A stretch of 64,000 bases of DNA from a bacterium (GTDB lineage: Bacteria > UBA8248 > JACPRG01 > G963555815), in contig OZ244653.1 of the NCBI GenBank assembly GCA_965218795.1, forward strand, positions 1,568,001 through 1,632,000, written 5' to 3'. The notes below the pieces were generated by a model. That model searched no databases. It was not told the DNA's origin and saw only the letters and a list, made by a program, of their open reading frames with translations. Position 1 is the first letter of the stretch, and each line of letters starts with the position of its first letter. Below are positions 31,034-41,008 of this stretch, piece by piece. The position numbers and the translations under genes were made by a program.

Positions 31034-31087
31034 TTGGCGATGGCCGCCCGGAGCGGGGAGAGGAAGGGATACGGCGATCGAGCGGGA

Positions 31088-32092
31088 TCAGGGTTTGGGG
31101 GCGGCGAAGAAGCGGTCGCGATCGGCGCTCTTGACGAGGATGGTCACGACGTCACCTTTTCGGATGACGGTCAGGCGGACTTCGTCCCCCGCCGCGTTCC
31201 GCCAGATTGCGCGGAAGTACTCCGACATCCGCCTCACGCGGCGCCCGTTGACGTGAGTGATCAGGTCCTTGAGCTTGAGTCCGGTTTGGCTTGCCGGGCC
31301 GCCCGGCGTGAGCCGCTCAAGGGTGAGGCCCCCCTCACCCACCTGGACGACGGTGCCCAGCCATGCTTTGGCCCCGGCCTTGGCCGGCGCCCGCATCTCC
31401 CGCTGCAGGGCATAGACCTCCTCCACCGGCACCACGAGTCCCGCAAATCCCGGGGTCGTTCGCCGGATGAAGGAGATGACGCCGACCACCTCGCCCTGAA
31501 GGTTCAGGAGCGGCCCCCCGCTGTAGCCGAGGCGGACAAAGGCGTCCGTCTGCAGGATCCGGTCCAGCATGAACTCCCAATAGCCGACAAACGGTCCGAC
31601 GGCGTTCAGCGTGCCCAGCGTGACCTCGCGATCGGTTCCCATCCCGCTTCCCACGATCACCACGCCCTGTCCCAGGCGCATGCCGACCGATCGGCCCAGG
31701 GGGAGCACGGGCAGGCCCTCCCCTTTCACGCGGAGAAACGCCAAGTCCCGGCGGCCATCGGATCGGGTCAACGCGGCCGGGAGCTTCCGGCCGTCTGTCA
31801 GCGTCACCATGATCCGGTCGCTGCCCATCACCACGTGATTGCTGGTCAGGATGAGGCCGGTGGGATCGATGAGAGTTCCGGTTCCCTTTCGAGCCTTGCC
31901 GAGGACTTGGGTTGCGGGGGCGCCCTGGGGTGAGTACGCCTCGATTTCGACGACCGCGGGAAGGGCCTGCTTCGCTACCTTGATGACGGCCTCGTACGGA
32001 TCCGCTTCCGCCGCGGCGGTCACCGACGAAGCGGCGGCCGCCCAGAGGAGCAGCGGGACGGCCGACCAAAGGATGGCTGCCCGGCGGATCAC
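31088..32092 (-). CDS. Trypsin-like S1C serine protease with PDZ domain (HtrA-like), catalytic triad intact
   Basis: Signal peptide; TSNHVV, DLAFL, GYSGGPL; PDZ with PASQTGLKLKDLI. Confidence 0.88.
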   Translation of the reverse strand: MIRRAAILWSAVPLLLWAAAASSVTAAAEADPYEAVIKVAKQALPAVVEIEAYSPQGAPATQVLGKARKGTGTLIDPTGLILTSNHVVMGSDRIMVTLTDGRKLPAALTRSDGRRDLAFLRVKGEGLPVLPLGRSVGMRLGQGVVIVGSGMGTDREVTLGTLNAVGPFVGYWEFMLDRILQTDAFVRLGYSGGPLLNLQGEVVGVISFIRRTTPGFAGLVVPVEEVYALQREMRAPAKAGAKAWLGTVVQVGEGGLTLERLTPGGPASQTGLKLKDLITHVNGRRVRRMSEYFRAIWRNAAGDEVRLTVIRKGDVVTILVKSADRDRFFAAPKP

Positions 32093-33093
32093 CGGAAGAA
32101 GGCCTCGCGGTCTCCGCCCGGCACGTGCAGGCGGATGATCTGCTCAGAGCGTTTGATGGTGAGCAGGATGGGGTCGCCGATTCGGTGCCGCCAGATGGCC
32201 CGGTAAAAGTCCGCCTGGCTCTTGACGGGACTCCCGTTGATTTCCCGGATGAAGTCGCGGGGCAGAACGCCCGAAAACGCCGCGGGCCCCTTGGGTGTCA
32301 CATTCCGCACCAGCAGCAGGTCCTCGATGAAAACGGTCTGTACACCGAGCCAGGGGAGATGCCGCCGCTGGTCGCGCCGAAGGTCGAGGAGGTCCTCCCG
32401 GACGGAAGTAAACAGGTCGATGGGAATGGCCATTCCCATCCCGCTCTGCTGTGTCACGTTGAGGGAGACAATCCCGATAACCCGTCCCCGCGCGTCCAGC
32501 AAGGGGGTTCCCCCAAAGTAACCCGAGGTCATGGCGGTCGTATAGATGGCGCGGTCCAGGAGGAATTCCCACGGTGCCGTGAACGGCCGGATGGCGCTGA
32601 CAAGCCCGTGGTGGACGACCCGATCGGCTTCGCCCCGGCTCCCGATGGAAATGGCCATCTGGCCGATTCGCAGGTCCCGCGAACGTCCCAGCGGAGCGGT
32701 GGGGAGACCTTCCGCATCCACCTTGACGAGCCCGAGACCGCTGGAATAGTCAATCTTGTGGACCCGGCCGGACAGACTCCGCCCATCGGTCAGCGTGACC
32801 CGAATCCGGCGGCCGCCCATGATGATATAGCTGGCGGTCAGAATGTATCCGTTCGACGCGACGATGACCCCCGTCCCCGTGCGTTCAGCCCCCAGAATGC
32901 GCGCCGCCGGGTGAACTTCGGGGATCTCCACGTCCAACGTGACAATGGCGGGCGTGACCCGCTCAGCCGCCTGGACCACGGAGGTAAAGGGATCGGGAAA
33001 ATTCTTCTGGGCGGCGGAGGGACCGGCGGACACAACAACAGCCCAAAGGGCCGTGGCGCAAAATAGCGTTCGAAACGGGGGTCGATGTTTCAT
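32089..33093 (-). CDS. Trypsin-like S1C/PDZ protein with substituted catalytic triad (pseudo-protease)
   Basis: Signal peptide; TASYII, GLGLV and GYFGGTPL replace the His, Asp and Ser motifs. Confidence 0.82.
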   Translation of the reverse strand: MKHRPPFRTLFCATALWAVVVSAGPSAAQKNFPDPFTSVVQAAERVTPAIVTLDVEIPEVHPAARILGAERTGTGVIVASNGYILTASYIIMGGRRIRVTLTDGRSLSGRVHKIDYSSGLGLVKVDAEGLPTAPLGRSRDLRIGQMAISIGSRGEADRVVHHGLVSAIRPFTAPWEFLLDRAIYTTAMTSGYFGGTPLLDARGRVIGIVSLNVTQQSGMGMAIPIDLFTSVREDLLDLRRDQRRHLPWLGVQTVFIEDLLLVRNVTPKGPAAFSGVLPRDFIREINGSPVKSQADFYRAIWRHRIGDPILLTIKRSEQIIRLHVPGGDREAFFR

Positions 33094-33240
33094 TGGGCCA
33101 GAAATCACTCCCTCTTGCATGAACGCGCCCGTCCGCCGTCACGTTCCATTGTACCGGAAAAACACGGAAAGGGGATAAATGATTTCCGGCAGGACGCCAG
33201 ATGGGTCGAGGCCGGGCTTCAATCGGGAGAGGAGTTTCGC

Positions 33241-33760
33241 TCACCCCTCCAGACGGAGAACGCGGTGAAGAAGAAAAACAGCGTCACCGAGACGGCGTTG
33301 AGCAGACCGTCCCAGCGGATTCCCGGTGTCCACTATCTCCCAATCCGCCGCCACTCTCAGGACCAGCGAGACGTGCAACAATCCCAGCGGCGCGTACAGG
33401 GGGCGATGATCGGCCAAGACCTTTCCCGAGACCGCGGGCGGGACAATTGGTGCGTGCCGAGGATCATCGAAAACACGAACCCCAGGAACAGCCCGTGAAG
33501 GAGGGCATCGTAGAACGGTCCCGGGGCGACCCTTCCAATGGCGAGCCAGAGGAATCCGGAGGGCAGGCAGACCGCCACGTACCGGGGCAGACCTTCTTGC
33601 CAAACGGTCCTCCGGGTGACGTCGTTTCGAATGAGCCGGATCGACAGGGCCATCCGCCCGAGACCCGACAGGCGATACCCCCCCTTCGAGCCCGGCGACG
33701 TAAAGGCCCCCTATACGGTCATCTTCCGGGCGGTCCGCATCCACCCGACCATCGCGGAGT
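33241..33760 (-). pseudogene. Frameshifted fragment of a multi-pass membrane protein
   Basis: Hydrophobic segments (RYVAVCL..GFLWL, YDALLHGLFLGFVFSMI, HAPI, LYAPLGLLHVSLVLRV) are split across frames. Confidence 0.65.
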
Positions 33761-33887
33761 TCCTGCCGACGGTCCTCCGGGGTTTGAGGCCGCTGGAATA
33801 GTCTGCCGTCTCAGCCGCCCGGAACCCCCGCCGGCAGGCCGTGGGGGTCCGCCTGCCCGCCGCATCCTGGGGGGAGCCGGCCCTTGT

Positions 33888-34087
33888 GGATTCCCGCCCC
33901 CGACTAAGACATTCGAGGGAAGGCTGCAACAGGAATCCAGAGCATTCGAAGGGAGTTGCGAAGTTTTCGGCTGATGTGGATTCCCGCTTCCGCGGGAACG
34001 ACGGACTGGGGGGAATGGCCTACGCTGAATGACGGGTTGGGGGGGCTGCATGACTCTGTTTCGTCATTCCTGCGCAGGCAGGAATCC
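33888..34087. repeat. Cluster of GGATTCC(C/T)GC..GC(G/A)GGAA(T/C) palindromic REP-like repeats
   Basis: 33978-34002 ggattcccgcttccgcgggaacgac; 34063-34087 gtcattcctgcgcaggcaggaatcc; same family as 19773-19797. Confidence 0.75.
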
Positions 34088-34321
34088 AGGCAACATAGGG
34101 TAGGTTGCAACCGGAATTCATGGGGCGGCCCCCTGCCGAATCCATGCAGGGGCGGGTCGTCTCATTTCGAGATCCGTATAACCAGGTTCCATTCCTGACA
34201 GGCTTGATAAGCCTCCTGACCGTGTCGATGGGTCGACTGCCCAGTTTTTTCGCCTGCGTGAAGGTGGACGGATTCCTTGTTCGATCACTCGGGATGGCAT
34301 TCACCACGATTCAGGGACAGG

Positions 34322-35449
34322 TCATGCCAGCGGAACGGTCCAGGCATCGTAACCATAGACCCAATCCGCATTGCCGCCTTCCTTCAGCCATTCGTTCCCA
34401 CGCGATTCTCTCTGCACAAGAGCTGTGCGATCCTTACGGGCTTCTTCATAGTGCTTGAATTTCGCTGGAATTTCTTGTGGACCGGCCCCTTCCAATACCC
34501 TGGAAAGGACAACCGCATCCTCAATCGCCATGCAAGCGCCTTGTGCCATGAAAGGCATCATCGGATGGCAGGCGTCTCCCAGAAGCGTCGTCCGACCGAC
34601 CGACCAGACCGGCATGGGTTCTCGCACATAGAGGGCCGATTTCGTGACCTTGGTGCATGCATCGAGCAGCGCCCGGGCTTCCGGATGAAAGTCTTCATAG
34701 GCCTTGCGCAGCTCCTTCACATCGCCCGGAAGTGTCCACGATTCTTGGCGCCAGTCTTCCTGCGGTGTCGTCGCAAAGATAAACGTCTCCTTGTCCCTAT
34801 TGAGTGGGAATGTCACAATCTGACGCTCAGATGTCGGACCCCACCACTTTGTGAACGCATCCGGGTTCGACACCGACAATATTTCGCGCTGCACAACCGA
34901 GCGATAGGAAACCAGACCCGTAAATTCCGGATTCTCCGGTCCAAACAGGGCGGGTCTGACCACCGAATGAATCCCGTCCGCACCAATCAGGGCATCCACA
35001 GTCCGCTTGGTTTCATTGACAAAATGAACCGTGACCGTATCGTCATCGTTTGTAATTTCCTCGGCGCGCATGTCCAGATGGATGACAGATTCCGGGAGCC
35101 TGTCTTTGAGCGCCGTGAGCAGGTCGGCGCGATGGATCGTCAACTGTGGCGCGCCGTATTTCTTCTCGGCGTGGTCCGCCATTTCCAAGCGCGACGTCTC
35201 TTCGCCGGTATCCCACATCCTGCTGATGCGATGGGTCGGCCGGGCAGCCGTATCGCGCAGTTTCTGACCCACCCCAAGGCGATCAAGAGCATGAACGGCG
35301 TTGGGTGTGAGGTTGACGTCAGCGCCGATGCGCGAAAGCCGGGGCGCCTGTTCGAATACAATCACCTCATGACCCACCAACCGCAGCGCGATGGCCGCCG
35401 CCATCCCGCCAATCCCGCCTCCATTAATCCCGATAGTCAATGAAGACAT
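34322..35449 (-). CDS. FAD-dependent aromatic monooxygenase (salicylate hydroxylase / 6-hydroxynicotinate monooxygenase-like)
   Basis: GGGIGG, IHRADL, IGADGIHS, LLGDACHPMMPFMAQGACMAIED. Confidence 0.9.
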   Translation of the reverse strand: MSSLTIGINGGGIGGMAAAIALRLVGHEVIVFEQAPRLSRIGADVNLTPNAVHALDRLGVGQKLRDTAARPTHRISRMWDTGEETSRLEMADHAEKKYGAPQLTIHRADLLTALKDRLPESVIHLDMRAEEITNDDDTVTVHFVNETKRTVDALIGADGIHSVVRPALFGPENPEFTGLVSYRSVVQREILSVSNPDAFTKWWGPTSERQIVTFPLNRDKETFIFATTPQEDWRQESWTLPGDVKELRKAYEDFHPEARALLDACTKVTKSALYVREPMPVWSVGRTTLLGDACHPMMPFMAQGACMAIEDAVVLSRVLEGAGPQEIPAKFKHYEEARKDRTALVQRESRGNEWLKEGGNADWVYGYDAWTVPLA

Positions 35450-35930
35450 CCGGCTGCCTTTTTTCTCATTGAAAGTCAATTCATGTTCGTCGGGACGACC
35501 GCACCCAAGGAGGCAGACCTTCCACCAGGTTCTGATGGATCGACTTTGATGTCATTCAGGGAAGAATGCCGCAGCGCTTTATGATCATCTTCTCAAGGAC
35601 CCGAATCCGACAGGCGTCCGCACTGCTTCAGAATGGTTTCGATTGAAAGAGACAACACCGTGTGGAAACGCTGGGCGATACGTCGACGGGAGGCATCCGG
35701 GAAATCGGATTGATTCGATGAAGAATACCGGGATCGAAACGGTGTCCTCGTGAATTCGAAACCCATTGGCCGAGTGAAAACTTTTTTGAAACTCCCTCCC
35801 GTCAACCCAAAAAGGCCGCCCCGCCTGGTTTCAACACAAGCGGAGCGGCCCTTATCGATGGTCGATTTGTTCGTCCGAACCGGAATCCCCCCGTGCCGTC
35901 TCCGGAAGACGGCACGGGGGTCATCTCGCG

Positions 35931-36953
35931 TTACATCCCCCGGTGCAGGTAGACGCCCACAAACTCGTTCGTGTAGATTTCCTCGGGCGTGGGCTTCCTT
36001 TTGAGCTTATTGAACCTGGCCATGGTATCAATGGTCCGCTGGACCTTGGCCCGGAGCATGAATCCGAATCCGGTCCTCTTGGTATTCTTCGTGATGGCCA
36101 CGTCCACCCCGATATCCCAGTGACCTCTCGCAAGGTCACGCGAGACGTGCGGGTATTTCTCGATGAAGGCCCCAACGGCCTTCTTGGGGTTCGCCACCGA
36201 CCACTGGAAGGCCTCGAGGGAGGCGACCACAAACCGCCGCGTGAGGTTCGGCCGATTCTTGATGGTGTCCTCGTGGGCGATTATGCCGTTCGAGTAGATG
36301 TCTACTCCGAAGTCCGAGTAGTTGAACATCCCAATGGGTTTGCCGAGCTTCTTGGCCATCTTATTGACGGTGGGATTCCGGGTGCGGTAGCTTGGGACGG
36401 CGTCCACTTTCTCCGCAAACAGGCTCGGATCCTGGGCTGAGGACTCCATGGTCACCCAGATGACCTTGGAGGGATCGAAACCCGCGGCGCCCGCCATGGC
36501 GGGAAAAACGACCTTGGCGGAGTTCGTCGGGGAGGACCCGATTTTCCTGCCCTCCAGGTCCTTGGGAGTCTTAATCCCCGACGATTTCAGGAAGACAATG
36601 TTGAACAGGTTGTTGTGGTGAAGCATGGCAATTTCTTTGACCTTGAGGCCCGGGTTGTTCCCCTTGGCGATGATGAGGGTTCCCATATCGGCATGGCCGT
36701 AATCAGCGCCCTTGGTGCCGAGCGTCTTGACCGACAGGCCCGACCCCTTGCCCGGAATGATTGTCACATCAAGGCCGTACTTCTTATAGATCCCATGCTT
36801 CACGCCTGCGAAGAAGGCAGCGTGCTTCCCGTATGGAACCCAGTCCAGGAAAAAACTTGCCGGCTCTGCCGAGGCGACCGTCATCAGCCCCCCTGCGGCC
36901 AAAATGAAAGCGAGGAAAACCGTCAAAAAAACCTTCGTCAACCGTCTTGCCAT
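35931..36953 (-). CDS. NMT1/THI5-like ABC substrate-binding protein
   Basis: Signal peptide; LDWVPYGKH, GIYKKYGLDV, PKDLEGRKIG; AGGAGG RBS. Confidence 0.88.
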   Translation of the reverse strand: MARRLTKVFLTVFLAFILAAGGLMTVASAEPASFFLDWVPYGKHAAFFAGVKHGIYKKYGLDVTIIPGKGSGLSVKTLGTKGADYGHADMGTLIIAKGNNPGLKVKEIAMLHHNNLFNIVFLKSSGIKTPKDLEGRKIGSSPTNSAKVVFPAMAGAAGFDPSKVIWVTMESSAQDPSLFAEKVDAVPSYRTRNPTVNKMAKKLGKPIGMFNYSDFGVDIYSNGIIAHEDTIKNRPNLTRRFVVASLEAFQWSVANPKKAVGAFIEKYPHVSRDLARGHWDIGVDVAITKNTKRTGFGFMLRAKVQRTIDTMARFNKLKRKPTPEEIYTNEFVGVYLHRGM

Positions 36954-37200
36954 GGTTCTTGCCCTCCTCCCTGGGTGAACGCTCCGGGATGGGCCCGACC
37001 CGTCCCATCCGCTCACTTCAAATTGAGTCCTTCCCGGCCGAATTGGCCGTCAGATGCCTCCCACACTCTCCGTGGTGACGTCGAGAGTCTATTCTCTCAG
37101 AAGAAACCCCCCTTTTTCAAGTACTTTTGTTGATCGTCAATCCGTCCGCAGGATTCCGGTGAATTGTAAAATCCCGCGTCGGCCGGGAACCCGCGCACCC

Positions 37201-38871
37201 TCAAACCCTCTTATCCAGGATGGGGCCGCCGAACGGAACCGCATAGGGCCCGACCGCGTCCATATCGACCTCAATCAGGCTTGGCCCCCCGGATTTCAGG
37301 GCCTTCTCCAATGCAGCGCCAAAATCAGCCGTCGATTTTACCTGAATCCCCTCATAACCGAATAGTTCGGCCAGCTTCATGAAATCCGGCATCTTCAGGT
37401 CGACCCCGAACACCCGTCCTTCATACCCCGCGTTCTGAATGTTGCGGATAACACCGTAGCCTTTGTCATTAAAGACCAGCAGGACGACGGAAAGCCCCTC
37501 CTGCGCTGCCGTGGCCATCTCTCCCAGGTTGACGAACAGGCCCCCATCCCCGCAGAGCGCGATCACCTGCCTCCCGGGCGCCGCCGCCTTCGCCCCAATA
37601 GCCATCTGCAGTCCCTGGCCGATCCCTCCGCCCACGGCGTGGACCGACGTCCGCGGCTCGTAAATCTCAAACAACCGATTTCCCCAGGTGCTGTTCGCAA
37701 TGGTGATGTCCCGGACGAATACCGCGTCCCGATCCAAGGAAGCCCGAAGGGTGTCCACCATCTCCGCATAAGGGCCCAGGGTGACGCGGAGGGAGGCCCG
37801 GGCCTTCTCCTTCACGCCGGCGATTCGGGCGGCGAAATCGGCATCCTCCCGTCTTTGGCCGCCCAGGGCTTCGAGGATCGCTTCGGAGCTCCGCCGCGCG
37901 TCTCCCCGAACGAAGCATGCGCACGGATAGTTGCGGTTTTCCGCCTTCGGGTCCACGTCCACGACCAAGAGGTTTTTCGGAAACGGAAGGGTCCAGTTCT
38001 TCGTCTCATGGCCCCGCAGATGGGAACCCGCAACGACCATCAGGTCGCAATCCTCAAGAAGGGGACGGACCTCATCGCTATGGACGAAGTTTCCGATGCA
38101 GAGCGGGTGGTCCTCGGGGATGATTCCGCGGCCGCACGCGCCGGTCAGGACACCGGCCGTTCGAAGCTCCGCCACCTCCCGAAGCGCCTTCCCGGCGCCC
38201 GACTTGATCGCGCCCCCGCCCGCCCAAATCAACGGCCGCTTCGCCTCCCGGATCATCCCGGCGGCGCGCTCGACACTTTCATCATCCGGCTCGATGACCG
38301 GGACGGCAGGGATGGAGCCGTCATCCGGCGCGCCGGTTACGGGAGCCTTCTGTAGATCGATGGGAATCTCGATACTCACGGGGCCGGCGGGCGCAGCGCA
38401 TGCGGCCCCGCAGCCTTCCCGCAAGACGTGGAGCAGCGATGCCGCCGAATCCGCGCGGAAGGCGCGCTTTGAGACGGCGGAGAGCATCCCGATCTGGTCC
38501 TTGGTCTCGTGAAGATAGGCCCTTCCCCGGTCCACGCAGGCGGATTCAATCTGACCGGTCAGATGCAGGAGCGGCGTGCCCGCCGTCAGCGCTTCCACCA
38601 GACCGCCGGCTGCGTTGCCCGCCCCCGGGCCGGTGCTGGTAACGACGACGCCCAGGCTTCCGGAGACGCGGGCGTATCCGTCCGCCATATTGACCGCCCC
38701 GGCCTCGCTCCGCGCGGGGACGTAGCGGATCTTTCCGCGCCTCCGGACGGCGTCGAGTATGGGCAGGTTGTGAACGCTGATCACGCCAAAGACATGGCTG
38801 ACGCCGCATGTCTCCAGGAACCGGGCAACCACATCTCCTCCGGTTTCTGTCTTTTGCGCGGGGGCTGTCAT
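37201..38871 (-). CDS. Thiamine diphosphate-dependent enzyme (acetolactate synthase-like)
   Basis: FGVISVHNLP, RSEAGAVNMADG, TSTGPG, GDGG...ND ThDP motif. Confidence 0.92.
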   Translation of the reverse strand: MTAPAQKTETGGDVVARFLETCGVSHVFGVISVHNLPILDAVRRRGKIRYVPARSEAGAVNMADGYARVSGSLGVVVTSTGPGAGNAAGGLVEALTAGTPLLHLTGQIESACVDRGRAYLHETKDQIGMLSAVSKRAFRADSAASLLHVLREGCGAACAAPAGPVSIEIPIDLQKAPVTGAPDDGSIPAVPVIEPDDESVERAAGMIREAKRPLIWAGGGAIKSGAGKALREVAELRTAGVLTGACGRGIIPEDHPLCIGNFVHSDEVRPLLEDCDLMVVAGSHLRGHETKNWTLPFPKNLLVVDVDPKAENRNYPCACFVRGDARRSSEAILEALGGQRREDADFAARIAGVKEKARASLRVTLGPYAEMVDTLRASLDRDAVFVRDITIANSTWGNRLFEIYEPRTSVHAVGGGIGQGLQMAIGAKAAAPGRQVIALCGDGGLFVNLGEMATAAQEGLSVVLLVFNDKGYGVIRNIQNAGYEGRVFGVDLKMPDFMKLAELFGYEGIQVKSTADFGAALEKALKSGGPSLIEVDMDAVGPYAVPFGGPILDKRV

Positions 38872-38893
38872 GGGTCCCGGCCGATCATCGGAG

Positions 38894-39685
38894 CTACACG
38901 AACCGTCCGACGCCGCCGGAGATTTCCAGGGTGGCCCCGGTTATGTAGCCGGCCTGCTCCGAACAGAAAAACGCGGCCGCGGCGGCGACCTCCTCGGGCT
39001 TCCCGAACCGGCCGAGAGGAACGCCTTTTTCGCGGGCCGTCCGATCAAGCCACTCCGCCTCGGATTCCCCGGCCTCGGCTTGCTCTTCAAATCTCCGGCG
39101 CCATTGACGGCTCTCGATAAGGCCGAGGAGGACCGAATTGACCAGGACCCCGTCCGCGGCGAACTCCCTCGCCATCGACTTCGAGAGGTTGAGGACGCCG
39201 CTCCGCGCGGCGCTCGTGGCCACCATGTGGGATTCCGGCTGGCGGGCGAGGAGCGCGTTGATATTGACGATTCGCGGCGCGCGGCTTTTCCTGAGCTCCG
39301 GGAGCAGCTTTCGCGTCATGTGAATGACCCCGAAGAATTTAATCTCGAATTCCTCCCGCCACTGCTCGTCCGTGGTCGACGCGAACGTGCTCACCCGCCC
39401 TCCACCGGCATTGTTGACGAGGATGTCCACGGCGCCGAACCGCTTCAGGACCGACTCGGCGAACCCCTCCGCCTGGTCCGGGTCGAGGACGTCGCAGGGC
39501 GCGGCCCACAATCGGTCTCCGTGCGCGCTTTGCAGGCTCTTCTCCACATCGGCGAGACGGTCGCGCCCGCGGGCGCAGATGGCCACGCTCGCCCCCTCCT
39601 TGAGAAACAGACGGGCCGTCGCCAATCCGATGCCGGAGCTTCCTCCGGTCACGACGGCAATCTTTCCAGCAAGTCCCAAATCCAT
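38894..39685 (-). CDS. SDR family oxidoreductase
   Basis: TGGSSGIG, LVNNAG, atypical catalytic TSAAR, VPLGRFG. Confidence 0.9.
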   Translation of the reverse strand: MDLGLAGKIAVVTGGSSGIGLATARLFLKEGASVAICARGRDRLADVEKSLQSAHGDRLWAAPCDVLDPDQAEGFAESVLKRFGAVDILVNNAGGGRVSTFASTTDEQWREEFEIKFFGVIHMTRKLLPELRKSRAPRIVNINALLARQPESHMVATSAARSGVLNLSKSMAREFAADGVLVNSVLLGLIESRQWRRRFEEQAEAGESEAEWLDRTAREKGVPLGRFGKPEEVAAAAAFFCSEQAGYITGATLEISGGVGRFV

Positions 39686-39741
39686 GCCGTCTCCCCAGGT
39701 TCGACCCGAGCGGGCGAGCCTGATCGCCCGAAAAAACCCGG

Positions 39742-40575
39742 TCAGGGCGTCTCGGGGGCCGCGCGGTCCACAGACGCGAGAAATCGCAAGACCGCCACAT
39801 TGTACCGGCCGGGTTGCTCCTGATGGCTGGCGTGACCGGCATCCGGGATCAGCTCCAATCGGCCGTTGGGGAGAAGCCCGCAGATGGCCCGCGATTCCTC
39901 GACCGGCGTGATCCCGTCTTCCACGCCGCAAAGCACGAATGCGGGCGAAGACACCCCCTGCAACGCCCGGCTCGTATCCGCCAGGGAGAGGGCCACCGCC
40001 GCCTGCCGATATCCCTCGGGCCGGATCTCGGCCATGATCGCCCGGATCTCCCGCGCCAGTTCCGGCGGCGCGTTCTTCGAGACCAACTTGGGCGCGCGGG
40101 CTTCGGCCAGGCCCGCCGGACCGAGCTTCTCCAGATCCTCCAGGCGGGACTCGAGACGCGCCTTCCGCTCGGGTTCCGGGCGGACGCCGCCCCCGCGCGT
40201 ACTGTCCGTGAGGATCAGCCGCAGGGCCCGGTCCGGATACCGGTCCGCGAAGACGGCCGCGATGGCGCCGCCGAAAGAGTGGCCCGCGACGTGGGCCGAT
40301 TGGATCCCCAGGGCGTCCAGGAAATCATTCAACGCATCGGCGTATTCCTCAAGACCCGGCGAGTCGCCCGCTTCGAGACCGGAGGACCCTCCGTAACCCG
40401 GCGCGTCCCAGGCGATGACGCGGTAATGCCCCGAGAGACCGTCCAACTGGCCCGCCCACGCCCTGGAGTTCGAGCCGATGCCGTGGAGGAGGAGGATCGC
40501 GGTCCCTTTTCCGGATTCCCGATAGGCCAGCACCAGATTTTTGCATTGGATGGAACGAAGTTCAGGGAGTCCCAC
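39742..40575 (-). CDS. Alpha/beta fold hydrolase
   Basis: LLHGIG, WDAPGYG, GHSFG nucleophile elbow, ED, AGH. Confidence 0.9.
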   Translation of the reverse strand: MGLPELRSIQCKNLVLAYRESGKGTAILLLHGIGSNSRAWAGQLDGLSGHYRVIAWDAPGYGGSSGLEAGDSPGLEEYADALNDFLDALGIQSAHVAGHSFGGAIAAVFADRYPDRALRLILTDSTRGGGVRPEPERKARLESRLEDLEKLGPAGLAEARAPKLVSKNAPPELAREIRAIMAEIRPEGYRQAAVALSLADTSRALQGVSSPAFVLCGVEDGITPVEESRAICGLLPNGRLELIPDAGHASHQEQPGRYNVAVLRFLASVDRAAPETP

Positions 40576-40599
40576 TTGGATTTCCCCCTTCGGCGGGTA

Positions 40600-40939
40600 T
40601 CAGTGCAGGATGAAACCGCCGTTGACGGCCAGTAAGGTGTCCGGTGACGAAATCCGCTGCGGCGGAGAACGGGAACACGACAGCGCCGGTCACGTCATTC
40701 GGGCGCTGCTCGCCTGAAAGGCGCGTCCCTTCACGTAGAACTCGTGCCGCGAGGCCGCACAGCGCTTTCCGTGGCTTCGACCCTCGTCAGGCCGGGCGCA
40801 ACGGCGTTCACGGCGAGGTTGTCGGCCCCGGCCTCCCGGCCCATCGCGACCTTGGCTCCCTGCCGGCAGGCGGCTTCGGCGAAGGCGCGGCCGAGTCCCC
40901 GTCCGCGCCCGTGACGACCTTCCCTTCCAGACTCGCCAT
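40600..40939 (-). pseudogene. SDR oxidoreductase pseudogene with a large internal deletion and frameshifts
   Basis: N-terminal LEGK.VTGA..GLGRAFA joined to C-terminal VNAVAPGLT...DVTGAVVF...FVTG..AVNGGF. Confidence 0.75.
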
Positions 40940-41008
40940 AAGAACTCCATCCGGCAACGGGGGTTGGAACCCTTCCCGGCAGGTTTTCCGCTTCCTTCGG
41001 ATTCGAAC

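Noticed and set aside
22301-31043. Target-site duplication flanking the repeat-bracketed cassette
   Set aside because: The flanks (ccttacgcgc on the left, ttggcgatgg on the right) do not form a direct repeat
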